From Okamejei kenojei (taxonomy: Eukaryota), in assembly GCA_035221665.1 (NCBI GenBank), contig CM069154.1:5704001-5768000 (forward strand): a stretch of 64,000 bases of DNA, written 5' to 3'. The notes below the pieces were generated by a model. It was not told where the DNA came from and did not search any database. It worked only from the letters and a program-made list of their open reading frames with translations. How positions within the stretch are numbered: position 1 is the stretch's first letter; each line of letters opens with the position of its first letter. Below, one piece after another: positions 52,301 through 64,000 of the stretch. Both the position numbers and the translations under genes were made by a program.

Positions 52301-55300
52301 TGTTTTTCTCATCTCGGTCCTAAAAGACTTCCCCCTTATCCTTAAACTGTGACCCCTTGTTCTGGACTTCCCCAACATCGGGAACAATCTTCCTGCATCT
52401 AGCCTGTCCAACCCCTTAAGAATTTTGTAAGATTCTATGAGATCTATCTGTTTCCATGCTGTATCTCTAAACTAAACTAAATTAAACTAAACTAAACTAA
52501 ACTCCAAACATGTGCAGGTTTGTAGGGTAATTGACTTCTGTAAATTGTCCCTTGTGTGTAGGATGGAACTAGTATACGCTGGTTGGACTCAGTGGGCTAA
52601 AGGGCCTGTGTCTACGCTGTATCTCTAAACTAAACTAAACAGCAGCAAACAATTATATCTCAGAAGATGCCCTTTTAAAACACTTCCAAGCACACAGAAA
52701 AATGTGTCACTGTAGGATTGCTATTTTTAAAATGTCAGCCTGACTTTAATTCACCTGAAAACACCAGAATGGCACCTCTTGCTCTTGGTACTGATTTAAT
52801 AATTCAGTAAATAAATAATTGAACCATACTGTGGTGATGGAGAATGGACTTGAATGAATGTCACGCACACAGGACCTCGTTTATCACTCCTATGATTGGA
52901 ACATTATGTTACTGTCCTTGTGCATACTTGTGTCTTGTATGTACAGCATTGTATATTGTTCTCTGCCGATTGCTCGATTTGCGTCTGTAGTGTTAGGGCA
53001 TATTCTTAGTCATTGTTCGTCTCGAGTGCAGCCTCTCCATAGATTCCTGCAGGTGTCAGCTGGCATTCAGCTGGTGACACTGTGAGCCAGAGGTTGGGGG
53101 TTCAAATCCCACTGCCATGTGAGTTGAGCACAATGATCGTGTCTAACCATTCAGCGTGGAACTCAAGCAGTGAATTATTGTTGGAGATGCTGTCAGATGA
53201 GACAAGTAACCTTGGCTTTCCCTGCTCTCTCTGATGAGTCTGTTAAGCTGCTGCAAGTAAGAATTTAATTGTTCTGTTTTCAGTAAGTATGATAATTAAA
53301 TACTCTTAATTCTTGGATTGAGGATATATGAGGTCCTTTGCCAAGGTGAATTGATTATTATTTGTCCCACATGATCCATGTCCTCATTTTAATGAAAACA
53401 CAAATAATATGAGTATTAACACATCAATTTGCATGTTTTCCCCGTGTGGTTTTTCTCTGCGCGCTCCTGTTTCCTCCCTAAACTTTAGAAGGATGAGAGG
53501 GGATCTTATTGAAACATGGAAGATTATTAAGGGATTGGACGCTAGAGGCAGGAAACATGTTCCCGATGTTGGAGGAGTCCAGAACCAGGGGCCACTGTTT
53601 AAATATAAGGGGTAGGCCATTTAGAACGGAGATGAGGAAAAGCGTTTTCACCCAGAGTGTTGTGAATCTGTGGAATTCTCTGCCTCAGAAGGCAATGGAG
53701 GCCAATTCTCTGGAGACTTTCAAGAGAGAGTTAAGGGCCTGTCCCACTTGGCGATTTTTTTCACCGACTGCCGGCGTCATATCAGGATCGCCAAAAGATT
53801 TTGAACATTTCAAAATCCAGCGGCTACAAAAAAAATGTTGCGACACTTGAAAAAACACCGCGCGTCAAGACGTCATCACGCCGTGTATTTTTCTGTGACC
53901 TGATACGTCAGTCAATGATGCCGGCAGTCGGCGAGAAAATCACCAAGTGGGACAGACCCTTTAGATAGAGCTCTTAAAGATAGCGGAGACAAGGGATATG
54001 GGGAGAAGGCAGGAACGGGGTACTGATTGTGGATGATCAGCCATGATCACAGTGAATGGCAGTGCTGGTTCAAAGGACCGAATGGCCTATTCCTGCTCCT
54101 ATTGTCCATTGTCTATCCCAAAAAACATGCGGTGTTTGTAGTTGAGTTTAGTCTCTTGAGTTTGGTTTATTGTCACATGTACCGAGGTACAATGAAAAGC
54201 TTTTAAGATAATTGACCTTCGTAAAATTGCCCCTGGTGTGTAGGGAATGGGCCTGAATGTGGGATAACGTAGAACTAGTGTGAGTGGGTGATCAATAGTC
54301 GGTATGGATTTGGTGGGCCGAAGGGCCTGTTGCCATGTCGTCTTTCTAAACTAAACTAATGATCTAATTTGTTGTCATTTTTTCCATATTTTAAACAACT
54401 CCAAAGTAATGTTTGATAGTGTGCTCTTTTTCTGTTTCTTTTCCCCTTTGTTTTAGCATCTATTTTTAGAAATGGAATTAGGATTTTGTTAATACATAAT
54501 ATATAATTTTGATAATTCAAGTATACCTCACAAGCACATGGATGGATGAAACTTCATTTTGTATCTTTTAGATGTAAATGCTCCTGGAGTATTTTTGTGG
54601 TCCCTTCAAATCAAATTTGCAACTGTACACAGTGGTGTGAATTTGCTTGGAGTTGCTGATCATCAAAGGGATCTAGTTCAAGTTCAAGTGAGTTTATTGT
54701 CATGTGTCCCTGATAGAACAATGAAATTCTTGCTTTGCTTCAGCACAACAGAACATAGTAGGCTTTGACTACAAAACAGATCAGTGTGTCCATATACCAT
54801 TATATAAATATATACACACATGAATAAATAAACTGATAAAGTGCAAATAACAGATAATGGGCTATTTTACTTCGGAGTCACGTGAGTGACTACGTGAAGA
54901 AGCCTCGCCAGGCGCATGCGCGTCATTACGTCCGCGCATGTCGCACTGAACGGGCTGGAGGGCACAGCTCCACCAGCGGGTAAGTAGGAACTTCTAAGGT
55001 AAGTGTTTTTACAAACTTTCCTTAGAAGTATTTCCACTCCGTAAAGCTGGCTCGAGCAGTCAGTAGGAGTGGGGACTTGGAGCTGTAATTTCTGAAGATC
55101 CGTCTTAGGGTCTAGGGATTCACCAATTTGATCGGGTCGGGAGATAAGCGCGGCAATGCCGGTTCCGATGCCGGGTGCCGTTTTACCGGCAGCAGTTAAA
55201 ATAGCGTGCTAATTTTCCCCACTAGCTCCATTGACAAAAGGCAGGCCAACTGGAATTTGATTCAGAATGAGCCTGGTCCATCTGTTTATTTCCAAGGGTA

Positions 55301-58300
55301 CTAAGCAGACTGAGGCTGCTCCTAGCCATGAAACGGCAAATATAAAGTCACAGACCTGGGTTCTCTGACAACAATGGTGACTCTTCCCCTGATCATACAA
55401 GACTGTGGGGGAGGCTGGGAAGATGCAGCTGATGCTCCAACCTTCATTACATAAGGGTCCAAGGGCCAGTAATGTCCAAGAGGGCCATACCAAGACCAAC
55501 ATATGGAGGGTCCATTTATTGGGGTTCCTACCAGCGCCTTGTTTAGGACTGGAGAATGCCTCCCTACTATATGATTTGGGAGAAGCGGGCAGATTGCAGC
55601 TGACCCTGATGCTAGTGTCCATGCTTATGTGCAAACACCAGCGCGCACAAGAGCCACGCTCCGGAAATGACACTGAGTTGCTATTCCGGAGGGGGCTGGT
55701 GAGTCAATGGAACAATCCCTTCCCAGCAGTATCAATTATGTAGTACCTCACCAGTTCCAGCAAGATATGATGCAAGTGACTGCAAACAAATATGAGACAC
55801 CTGTTTAATGTGCATTACTGAAAGTGCCTATGGTGACCCAGGTTCTGGGCACCCATGAGTCCTTCTTTGACGGGACAGGAGGTTCGGTGTTAACACGTCA
55901 TCCAACTGGTGGCTGCAGCAATTACTGCATTTGGCACTATGGTGCAAGGGACAATCATTCCTCAAACTCACAACAGGTATGCCAACTCTAAACCAAAAAT
56001 TTGCTGCTCTATGTAGGGCGACTACTGTACAAATGCCTGAAATATGGTTTGGAACGGACCTTGTCATGAAAATTCATGAAATTCATGATGAGGCCAAAGC
56101 AATTGGCTTAATGTAGTCAAGCATTTCGAGGCCACCTATTCGCAACCCTGGGTTAATACTGAAAGTCAGATCCAGGGGCTGAGTTCAGCAGGGACAGGCC
56201 AGTGGGGCAACGAGGGTACCCACCGAGACAGACCGGCTACAATCCCAATATGAGCAGACACCAGCTTTACAGGTCAACTGTAGAGGTACAGGGATTTTTC
56301 TTAACGATAAAGTTCTGGTGGCCAATCACCTATTGGAGGTTGATTACAAATGTTTTCTAATGAATGATGCTGTATAATGTATGATATGTTTATACTAAAT
56401 ACTGTCTCCCGTTGAGTTTATCTCAGGGATAGATCCACCTCAACAGCACGAGCCTAATAAAATGTGGGTGTTTTCTGCTCCAGAGCTTGAACATATAGAT
56501 AATGGTGATTGATAAAGCCATTAATCATCCTCCACAATTGTTTCTAATATTTCCCCAGATCTCAAAAAGATGGGTGTTGTAGAGTAATTCTTGTCCTCAA
56601 TCACTTAAATTCGTTACTGCTAAACACCTGCTATCACAGGGCTGTTATGTGGCAACTATTTGTTTGCAAGATGTGTATTATTCACTACCAATTCATGCTC
56701 ATTATCGCAGGTACTTGAAATTTAATTGGATGGCAAGCTGTGGCAATACAAAGCATTGACTCCTGGATTAAGTTCAGCAACCAGGCTATTTATTCAATTG
56801 TTAAAACCTGTGCTGGTGCTATTCAGCCCATCATCACATTGTAATGGCTTATTTAGCTGATATCTTAATTATCAGCAACACTAATCAGTCAGCTGAAGAA
56901 TCGGTGCTTGAGTCATAAGGGGTTGCTCCATCCAACTAATTATCAAGTTACAGCCAACCCAAAATATTGAGAATTTGGGGTTTCTTATTAATTCCGTTGC
57001 TATCACAGTAACATTACCAACAACCAAGGTTGTCGATGATGATGATGTCTGCACTTGCCTCCCACAAAACTTTATCCCTCCTTCCGAGAAGACGCTAAGG
57101 TCATTGGTAAATGGGGAGCAGATTCCTGCAGTACATTCGGGCCTTTGCATTATCAACATTTGCAGAGAGCACGTGAACTAGCACTAAAATCGAATGCAGG
57201 CCATTTTCATCAGGTTAACCAGTTACCAACCACAGCTCTCGCAAAATTGCAGTGGTGCATTGTTAATGTTAATCTAGCTACCAATAACATTTTGGGTACT
57301 AGACCCTTCACTAATCTTCCAGACTGATGTCAGCGCTCTCGGATGGGTAAAGGCATATTGCTCCTCAATGAAGGATTTACACATTCAACTCCAGATTGAT
57401 AACACCTCAGCCGTGGCATATATTAATCATATGGGAGGAGCACGGTCATTATCATGTGTTAACTGGGTACCGTCATGTGGCATTGGGGTATGCCAAGGCA
57501 TATCTGCGTTTCAGCCATTTATTCACCATCTATAGCTAATGTGGTGGCCGACCATAGGTCGAGTACGTTTCATGCCAATATAGAGTGGATGTTGAATTCT
57601 AAACTTTGTCACACAATTGTCACTTGATTTGGGTTGCCAGCCATTGATCTGTTCCATCCAGATTACATCACCAGTTGCCTAAATATGTTTCATGGGAGCC
57701 AGATCCAGGTGCAGTTGCTGTGGATGCAGTCTCGTTACATTGGGGGCACTAACATTTTATGCAATTCCTCCATCTTTTCATCCTGAACTGTCTCACCACA
57801 ATAGAGCGAGACTCCGCCACAGGTGTTTTGGTGGTCCCAGATTGCCCAACACAACCATGGTTCCCCTTCGTGTTTTCAATGATGGTTCAGTCATTCATGA
57901 TGATTCCCAGCAGCAATAATTTGTTGGTGCATCTGGTTACAGGAGAAAGTCACCCTTTACATAACTGTATTAATTGTTGGTCTGCAGGTTCTGACCAGAC
58001 AATTCCAAGGACTTGGATTGTCGAACAGGGCCATGGTGGTTCTCACTGCAGGCTGGCGAAATAGCACTCAAAACACACTATAAGGTTCACATAAAGAAAT
58101 GGGAACGGTTTCTGTGTACAATCCAATAGGTCTTATCATAATGCAAGCATATGTGATGTGTTGGAGTTCCTTGCTAAGTTGCATTTTGATGAGCATCTGT
58201 GTTATAGTGACATTACCAGCGCTCGGAGTGTGTTGTCCTCTTATTGCGTGCAGTCTTCAGAACAACATCCTATAGGGTCTCATCTGTTAGTATCCCGATT

Positions 58301-59972
58301 TATGAGGAATTTTTAATAAAAATCCTCCGAAACCTCGCTATACAGAAATCTGGGACATCACTCCTGTTCTCACAATGCTTCAGCAATGGGCTCCAATTAC
58401 TTCATTATTTACGAAGAGATTAACTCTTGCTGTGGTTATGCTAATAGAGCTGGTTTCAGCACAACGTGTACAAACATTACAATTCTTACGAATACCTTGT
58501 ATGCATTTGTCTGTCAATGACATTAACTTCTACGTTTATGATTTAATCAAACAAAGCAGGCCCGGTCTGGCTGGAATCAAGGTGACGTTTAAAGCCTATC
58601 TTGTTGACCAAATGTTATATGTAGTTACGCCATATAACTTAAGACAATATATTAAGGTAACAAGGAGTCTCAGAGGTTCTGGGACAGGACTGCTCATTAA
58701 TCACAAAAAGACATATAAAAGAGTGTCAGCACAAACTATTTCTACATGGTTGAAACAGGTTCTCAATTATGCTGGAGTCGACATTCCTGTCTTTAACTCT
58801 CACTCCACCAGGGCGGCATCAATCTCCGCGGCGAAGGCTCAGGACGTGCCGCTAGACCAAATCTTTGAGGCCGCAGGATAGTCTAGAGAAGCAACATTTT
58901 CTCAATTTTCTGCCAAATCTGTAGAGACCATGCCACGGTTTCAGCATGCTGTTTGGGTCACATTTAATTCATTTGCTTTGTTTTCTATCATTGTTTGTAC
59001 TTTTCCCTGAGACAGAGGGGTTATTCCTGTGTTTGTTCTTGTTAACAATAATTATTGATTAATTCGAAGCAATGTTCAATATATTATTTCTTCTCTACTG
59101 TGTCAACCGAAGCAGATTGTCGTATGGTGTGCATCTACTGCATGAAAATACCGAGCTTTGAAATCTTCATGTAGTCACTCACGTGACTCCGAAGTAAAAT
59201 AGTAAGATTAAACGAGAACTTACCAGTTCGAAGTTTGATCCTTATTTTATGAGGAGTGACGTTGAGGGATTACGTGCCCTCCGCTTCCACCCTCATAATC
59301 TAAGAGATCATCTGGTAGTTCTAGTCTTCTACGAGCCTTACTATGTTACTTCAGCTATTTGTTTTCTGCGTTTTCACGCCGCTGCTTTGAAGTATGACGC
59401 GCATGCGCCTGGCGGGGCTTCTTCACGTAATTCCTCAACATCACTCCTCATAAAATAAGGATCAAACTTCGAACTGGTAAGTTCTCATTTAATCTTACTA
59501 TTAACGTTCAGAGTTTTGTCCGAGCCAAGTTTAATAGCCTGATGGCTGTGGGGAAGTAGCTATTCCTGAACCTGGTCATTGCAGTCTCCAGGCTCCTGTA
59601 CCTTCTACCTGAAGGTAGCAGGGAGATGAGTGTGTGGCCAGGATGGTGTGGGTCCTTGATGATACTGCCAGCCTTTTTGAGGCAGTGACTGCGATAGATC
59701 CCCTCGATGGAAGGGAGGTCAGAGCCGATGATGGACTGGGCAGTGTGTACTACTTTTTGTAGTCTTTTCCTCTCCAGGGCCCTATCGTCTGATCTATCAT
59801 CATCAAAAAGGCAGCCAACAACATCAAAGACCCACACCATCCTGGCCATCTCACCACTGCCATCGGGAAGAAGGTACAGGAGCCTGAGAACTGCAACATC
59901 CAGGTTCAGGAACAGGTTCTTCCCTACAGGCATCAGGCTATTTAACACAACAATCTGAACTACAAAAGACTA

Positions 59973-60040
<68 letters not shown>

Positions 60041-63037
60041 GCACTGTTATATTGTTTATTCTTTTTTTCTGAGTTTTTGTTATATTATTTATTATGAATA
60101 CATATTCTGTTGTGCTGCAGCAAGTAAGATTGTCTTTGTTCTATCTGGGACATATGACAATAAAACCCACTTGACTCTTGTAGGGTTAGAACTGAAGGAA
60201 TGGGAGAGGTTTCTGGAGAATTCCACATTTCCCTCTTCAGCTCATCCACTGGAAGTAGAAAGTTTTCTCATGTACAATTGGAATGTTTAGAGTTGCGTCA
60301 CTTACTCGCTGCTGAATATTTCTTGCATTTTGTGACAAGAATAGCAGTAACAATCAAAATTCCAAATATGCTTCCCAGAAGAATGGATACATTTGCGAAA
60401 CTGTGGGAACAAAAAAAAAAGCAAAATTTAATTATCCCAAGCCAATTTTCATACTTGCTGTTTCTTACGTTTTTCAATTTTCTTCTCCCATTTCTGTTCG
60501 ATCATATCATAAATGACAGGAACAGAATCAGGCCATTCGGCCCGTAAAGTCTACTCCGCCGTTTAATCCTGGCTGATCTATCTCGCCCTCCTAACCCCAT
60601 TCTCCTGCCTTCTCCCTATAACCCCTGACACCCGTACTAATCAAGAATCTATCTATCTATTTCTGCCTTAAAAATATCCATTGACGGCCTTCTGTGGCAA
60701 AGAATTCTTCAGGTTCACCACCCTCTGACTAAAGAAATTCCTCCTCATATCCTTCCTAAAGGATTGTCCTTTAATTCTGAGTCTATGACCTCTCATCCTA
60801 GACTCTCCCACTAGTGAAAACATCCTCTCCGCCTAAGCCTTTCACTATTTCTTATGTTTCAATGCGATCCCCCCTCATTCTTCTAAAATCTTGCGAGTAC
60901 AGGCCCAGCGCCGTCAAACGCTCATTCATAACACTCATTCCTGGGATCTTTGGTGTAAAACTCCTCTTGACCCTCTCCAGAGTCAGCACATCCTTCCTCA
61001 GATACGGTGCCCAAAATTATTCACCATGCTCCAAAAGCCGCCTTACCAGCGCCTTATAGAGCCTCAGCATTACATCTCTGTCTTTGTATTCTAGCCCTCT
61101 TGAAATAATTGATAACATTGCTAGCATCTGTTGCTAAAACCACTGAAGTTTGTGGAATGCAGACCCCCAGACATTAACTATGTACCCAACACCATGTACA
61201 CACACAAGTAATATGCAGTTGGCTATTCAGCTTTAGTAAAGCATGAAGTGCTGGAGTAACTCAATGAGACAGGCAGCATCTGTGGAAGGAATGGATTGGC
61301 AATGTTTCAGGTCGGGACCCTGCTTAAGATTGAGATACAAAGAACTGCAGATACTGGAATTGAGAGTAAAATGCAAGTTGCTGTAGCAACGCAGCAGGTT
61401 AGATAGTATCTGTTGAAGGAATGGATAGGTGATGTTTCAGGTCTGGATGAGACTGAGAGGTCACAAACTGCAGATGTTGGAATCTTAAGAAAATACAAGG
61501 TAACTCCGTGGGTCAGGAGACACGTGGAACCCCAAAACTGCAGTCTTGACCCAAACCATTGTCTATCCTCAGTTGCTGCCCGACCTGCTGAGTTGCTCCA
61601 GCACTTTTCATCTTATTCAAGATTCCAGCATCTGCAGTTCCTTCTGTCTCCATTCAGCTTTAGTAGTTTGCAAACCCCCACATCGTTCATGTTCCCACGG
61701 AAACACAATTGAGCAAATTATTAGAGAGCGATCAAGAGAGGAAGCCCTGAGTAATATTCACCCTTAGAATGAAGTTCCCCCGAGAAACTACATAAGCGGC
61801 AACTCAGTTTAAGTATAGAATCATATTTACACCATAGCTTGTTGCAGGTTGTTATACTTCCTATTTAAAACTTTATTTTTCTTTTCAATTTGCAATAAAA
61901 GAGTAACTGAAAGCAACAAGGGGAAGTTTATTTTAAAATAGTTTGTGGTTTGGGCCATTACCAGAGGTGAGTGGTTTAATTTAGTTTAGAGATACAGTGC
62001 AGAAACAGTGGAGGCAGATGGAATGAAAGTGTTCGAAGGGGAACCAGGTAGATAGTTTAACATGAAAAGTGGAGAGTAAAGGACAGTGAGACCAACTGGG
62101 AATAATCCAACATCGAGCTAGTAGAGATTAGATGGATTGAACAGTCTTTTCCTATGATGTAACAATCCTGCAATTCTGTACATCAAATTGCTAGTAGTTT
62201 AGGTTACACAAAAATGCTGGAGAAACTCAGTGGGTGAGGCAACATCTATGGAGCAAAGGAAATAGGCGACGTTTCGGGTCGAGATGTCTATTTCCTTAGT
62301 CTGAAGAAGGGTCTCGACCCGAAACGTCGCCTATTTCCTTCGCTCCATAGATGCTGCCTCACCCACTGAGTTTCTCCAGCATTTTTGTCTACCTTCGATT
62401 TTCCAGTTTTGTCTACCTTCGATCTGCAGTTCCATCTTAAACGTTAGTTTAGATTAGTTCTGTTTGGAGATAAAGTGTGTGGAAACAGGCTACCGAGTTG
62501 GCCCACCGAGTCCGTGCCAACCAGCCATCATCCGTTCGCACCAGTTCTATGTTATCCCACTTTCTCATCAACACTCTACACACTAGCGACAATTTACAGA
62601 AGTCAATTAACCTAAAAAACCTGGACGTCTTAGGGATGTGGGAGGAAGCCGGATCACGCAGAGAAAACTAAAGGGGTCACAGGGAGAATGTACAAACTCC
62701 ATAGAGACAGCACCCGTAGTCAGGATCGAACCTGGGTCCCTGACGCTGTGAGGCAGAAACACTACCGCTGCGCCACCGTACCGCCACTGTTTGTGGGAAT
62801 TAGATCTGGAGATGCTTGGTGCTTTCATCAATGCAGTAACTGCAACAGCTGCACAATCCGAATCATTCCAGAGTTTGGATGCATGTTTAAGCTTCTACTT
62901 TCTCCACTCCTTCATCAACAGACTCATCTGGGCATTGATATTGAGCGGGTTACCTGGTTGTGGTTGAAATGTGGCTCGTAAAATGGAATTTGCTTAGTGA
63001 TGAGCGTTCTGGGCCCATTTGTTTCGACGAAGATCCA
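49227..63037 (-). CDS. Gene D (5'-partial): convergent receptor paralog; exons 63037-62954(?), 61860-61831(?), 60400-60306, 51649-51594, 49364-49227
   Basis: Phase-compatible exons with the same TM(2/1), cyto1(1/0), terminal layout as genes A and B; the ectodomain is presumed to lie beyond the window. Confidence 0.7.
49505..49935 (+). mobile_element. CR1 LINE 3' fragment
   Basis: GLYTLEFRRMRGDLIETYKI...LWNSLPQ plus 3' UTR. Confidence 0.88.
51030..51345 (+). mobile_element. HE1-type V-SINE
   Basis: A/B boxes, core and tail. Confidence 0.85.
51594..51649 (-). CDS. Gene D cytoplasmic exon 1
   Basis: (R)GKGISYKEEEYNAVCNSV; CCTCAG| and |GTAAGG, phase 1 to 0. Confidence 0.75.
51801..52502 (+). 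mobile_element. HE1-type SINE split by an antisense CR1 3' fragment (52072-52445)
   Basis: The SINE resumes after the insert, with CTGTT present on both sides. Confidence 0.75.
53734..53960. mobile_element. PIF/Harbinger-type MITE inserted in a CR1 fragment
   Basis: Long TIRs AGGGCCTGTCCCACTTGGCGATTTT / AAAATCACCAAGTGGGACAGACCCT; 3-bp TTA TSD; removing it restores GAGAGAGTTAGATAGAGC. Confidence 0.85.
54865..59500 (+). mobile_element. DIRS1-like tyrosine-recombinase retrotransposon, full structure, degenerate ORFs
   Basis: Inverted terminal repeats, ICR at about 59164-59277, decayed RT (~56560-56900), RNase H and methyltransferase-like region (~57300-57900), tyrosine recombinase. Confidence 0.93.
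58375..58881 (+). pseudogene. DIRS tyrosine recombinase fragment
   Basis: LVSAQRVQTL and FNSHSTRAASISAA catalytic-box motifs; premature stop after AAG. Confidence 0.85.
59501..59960. mobile_element. Rex1/Babar-like LINE 3' fragments in both orientations; host of the DIRS (other part at 54680-54864)
   Basis: IIKDPHHPGHTLISLLPSGRRYRSL motif; similar fragments at 17970-18140 and 26200-26345. Confidence 0.65.
59975..60039. repeat. (TTA)n microsatellite
   Basis: About 21 perfect units. Confidence 0.98.
60306..60400 (-). CDS. Gene D transmembrane exon
   Basis: Poly-T...CCCACAG| FANVSILLGSIFGILIVTAILVTKCKKYSAA |GTAAGT. Confidence 0.85.
61831..61860 (-). CDS. Gene D candidate small stalk exon
   Basis: AATAG| (R)KYNNLQQAM(V) |GTAAAT, phase 2 to 2; an alternative phase-1 reading GSITTCNKL is also possible. 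Confidence 0.4.
62207..62392. repeat. Palindromic Penelope-derived repeat with a hammerhead-like core
   Basis: About 75-bp inverted arms; CTGAAGA-AGGGTCTCGACCC-GAAACGTC at 62301-62328. Related copies at 4690-4860, 11627-11840, 18308-18640, 31690-31900 and 32240-32455. Confidence 0.7.
62954..63037 (-). CDS. Gene D candidate Ser/Thr-rich stalk exon
   Basis: GSSSKQMGPERSSLSKFHFTSHISTTT with CAG|GTAACC donor; acceptor is weak. Confidence 0.4.
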
Positions 63038-63323
63038 CTAAAAGCGTTCTCATTCCATTCTCTTATTAGTACTCGTGCGATGGCAAATGTGTCTTATATT
63101 TTGCACACATTTTTCAACACTTGGTCAACACAGTTAATATAACTGAAGTACTCAAAGTTTACTAAAGGTCAAATCAGCGGAAAAATGGCTCAGTTTTGTT
63201 GATTACGTGACATAGATTTGTCACGGAAGTGGTTGAGAAAGTGGGATAACGTCGGAGCTAGTCTGAAAGGGTGATCAATGGTCAGGATGGACTTGGTGGG
63301 TTGGAGGGCCGGTTTCTATGCTA

Positions 63324-64000
63324 CAGTGGCTTGCAAAGGTTTTCATTCCCCTTGAACTTTTCCACATTTTGTCACGTTACAACCACAAACGTAAATGTAT
63401 TTTATTGGGATTTTATGTGATAGACCAACACAAATTGGCGCATAATTGTGATGTGGAAGGAAAACGATACATGGTTTTCAAATTTTTTTACAAATAAAAA
63501 ACTGAAAAGTGTGGCATGCAAAAGTATTCAACCCCCCTGAGTCAATACTTTGTAGAACCACCTTTCGCTGCAATTACAGCTGCAAGTCTTTTGGGGTATG
63601 TCTCTACCAGCATTGCACATCTAGAGACTGAGATTTTTGCCCATTCTTCTTTGAAAAATAGCTCAAGCTCAGTCAGATTGGATGGAGAGCGTCTGTGAAC
63701 AGCAATTTTCAAGTCTTGCCAGAGATTCTCAATTGGATTTAGGTCTGGACTTTGACTGGGCCATTCTAACACATGAATATGCTTTGATCTAAACAATTCC
63801 ATTGTAGCTCTGGCTGTATGTTTAGGGTCATTGTCCTGCTGGAAGGTGAACCTCCGCCCCAGTCTCAAGTCTTTTGCAGACTCTAACAGGTTTTCTTCCA
63901 AGATTGCCCTGTATTTGGCTCCATCCATATTCCCATCAACTCTGACCAGCTTCCCTAGCCCTGCTGAAGAAAAGCATCCCCACAGCATGATGCTGCCAAC
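63324..64000 (-). mobile_element. Tc1-like transposon (DD34E), partial, with an uninterrupted C-terminal transposase ORF (63542-63988)
   Basis: TA-CAGTGGCTTGCAAA terminus; WGCFS...QQDNDPKH...SPDLNPIE with 34 residues between D and E. Confidence 0.95.

Noticed and set aside
59973-60290. ORF with a long poly-Leu, signal-peptide-like start
   Set aside because: It is the translation of a (TTA)n microsatellite in a LINE tail.
1-64000. CRISPR arrays, rRNA, prokaryotic systems, rearranging V segments
   Set aside because: Eukaryotic repeat-rich DNA with no regularly spaced repeat-spacer array or rRNA-like sequence; the IgV exons end in splice donors rather than RSS heptamers.

Overview
This is vertebrate genomic DNA, most likely from a cartilaginous fish (skate/ray-like), judged from dense HE1-type V-SINEs, HER1/CR1-type LINEs and Penelope-derived repeats. 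Hidden among the repeats, and mostly missed by the ORF track, is a cluster of CD300/PIGR-like (skate MDIR-like) Ig-V immune receptor genes, which I reconstructed by reading splice sites and intron phases. Gene A (+, 1923-18841) has one IgV exon (frameshifted here), a mucin stalk, a TM and an ITIM tail. Gene B (+, 27158-36123) is intact, with 7 exons, two IgV domains and an ITIM tail (~345 aa). Unit C (+, 40238-44182) has a duplicated gene B promoter/leader, no Ig exons, an Arg-containing activating-type TM exon and a short tail. Gene D (-, 49227 to beyond 63037) is a partial convergent paralog with a GxxxG TM and no canonical ITIM. Mobile elements include a degenerate but structurally complete DIRS1 element (54865-59500), two Tc1 transposons, hAT and Harbinger MITEs, DeuSINE relics and palindromic Penelope repeats with hammerhead-like cores. 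Parts of the window (about 3.7-8.9 kb and 14.0-14.4 kb) look like low-quality consensus. All alignments and translations were done by eye; no database searches were run.
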